The position numbers were made by a program, and so were the translations under genes. Source: Pocillopora damicornis (taxonomy: Eukaryota). From it: a stretch of DNA of 64,000 bases. The notes below the pieces were generated by a model. That model was not told the origin of the DNA, ran no database searches, and worked only from the letters and a program-made list of their open reading frames with translations. The stretch spans positions 186,001 to 250,000 of the forward strand of contig NW_020844115.1 of the NCBI RefSeq assembly GCF_003704095.1, read 5' to 3'. Numbering within the stretch: position 1 is the stretch's first letter; each line of letters opens with the position of its first letter. This document shows, in pieces, positions 62,771 to 64,000 of this stretch.

Positions 62771-64000
62771 GATAGAAGTGAGCCAACAAGAAGCACTCAG
62801 ATGAGACTGCAACAGTAATCTGGGCATTTCCATGTTCTGTAATTAACAAGCCTATTTTTCAATTAGGACCGATTTTTGATGAAGTGTTATTAATTTATAA
62901 GCAAAACTTAAACTTATTAATCTCGTCAGCCACTCAAAAGTAAGCTAAACATCACAAGGAGATGTAAACTGGCATGATAGTGTAAAAATGGCGGGGAGCA
63001 AGTCACTTTTGATAAGGGTTTTATTAGTGATCAAGAGACTGAGGAGAGGGACAGACTGATGAGACAGTAGAAGTCTTCTAGACCATTGTTGAAAGATCTG
63101 ATCAACTCCATTGTGTCTGTATCAATCACAGAATATAGAAATGCAATCATGCAAAATCATAGAGGCTAGAATAGTTTAAACACTCTTTTGACGGTATTAC
63201 TTTACATGAATTTGTAGTGCTTGTAAGCTATACATATGAGAGTTATGCAATTCTACTTTAAAAGAACCTTTCTGTGTGCACTTAAGAAGCCTGAAGAAGT
63301 TCAAATGTTTAATTAACGAGTTCATATGATATCTGTAAAAATGTGCTGCTGAGTCAAAGTGAAGACATTCAGTGACTGACAGGATACAGTCAAACCTGTT
63401 AAAGTGGTCACCCACGAGTAATGGCTGGGTGAACGCTAAATAAAGGTTCCAAAGAATAGGGATAATCTAAAAAAAAAAAACTGCCATTTTATGCCATAAT
63501 TGACCCCTTAATGTGCAAAAATCGCTTAAGAAGTACAACTAACATTGATTCCGGGAGAGAAACATGGATTAAATTTTGCTTGAAAGATTATTCCCAGTTT
63601 TATTTAAGTGATTCCGCTTCAAGTGACCGTTCAGCACAGATGGAGGACAGTACAAATTCACTTAAAGGTGACTTTGACTGCTAAATAGAGGTGACCGCTG
63701 AACAGAAGTAAAAAATTACAGTAACTAAGGGGAAGAAAATTCGGGACTTTCAGAACCTACCGCTCAACACAGGGTGATCGCCTCATACGGTGCCACTTAG
63801 TACGGGTTACGGTGGACTGATTTTTTTTTTATACAGATCAAAAATAAAGTAAACTTAAAGGACACAAAGGAACAGCCAAATCAATGAATTAAGGAAAAGC
63901 TCGATGACAAGCTACGGTTTGTCTTTTTTTGTTACAGAGAATTGCTTTTAAAGGGAAAAAAACGCTGGCGTAATCGTTTGCTAGTATTTTGTAACACCAC

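Overview
This is eukaryotic, AT-rich, intron-containing DNA with several N-gaps. The repeat families and genes point to a cnidarian, most likely a scleractinian (pocilloporid-like) coral; that assignment is an inference. The first half (1-32.7 kb, + strand) is the 3' part of one very large receptor gene. It begins with a tandem array of at least 12 duplicated 72-nt exons, each encoding exactly one 24-aa leucine-rich repeat and flanked by phase-2 introns. These are followed by divergent LRR/linker exons, CxxC Cys-rich exons, a multi-pass membrane domain that is not rhodopsin-like, and a tail of 16 x 16-aa repeats. The LRR cassettes have almost invariant scaffold codons but highly variable, Trp/aromatic-rich residues at the predicted concave ligand-binding face. 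The splice junction cuts through that face, so exon skipping or shuffling would give combinatorial binding surfaces. This is the top finding: a candidate diversifying immune or recognition receptor. The large introns hold BEL/Pao, nested Gypsy and Crypton-like relics. The second half is housekeeping: a synaptotagmin-like gene truncated by a gap, an intronless Bmt2-type rRNA methyltransferase head-to-head with RPS24 (75 bp between the ATGs), two tandem PTS1-bearing acyl-CoA thioesterases, and CHCHD1/mS37.
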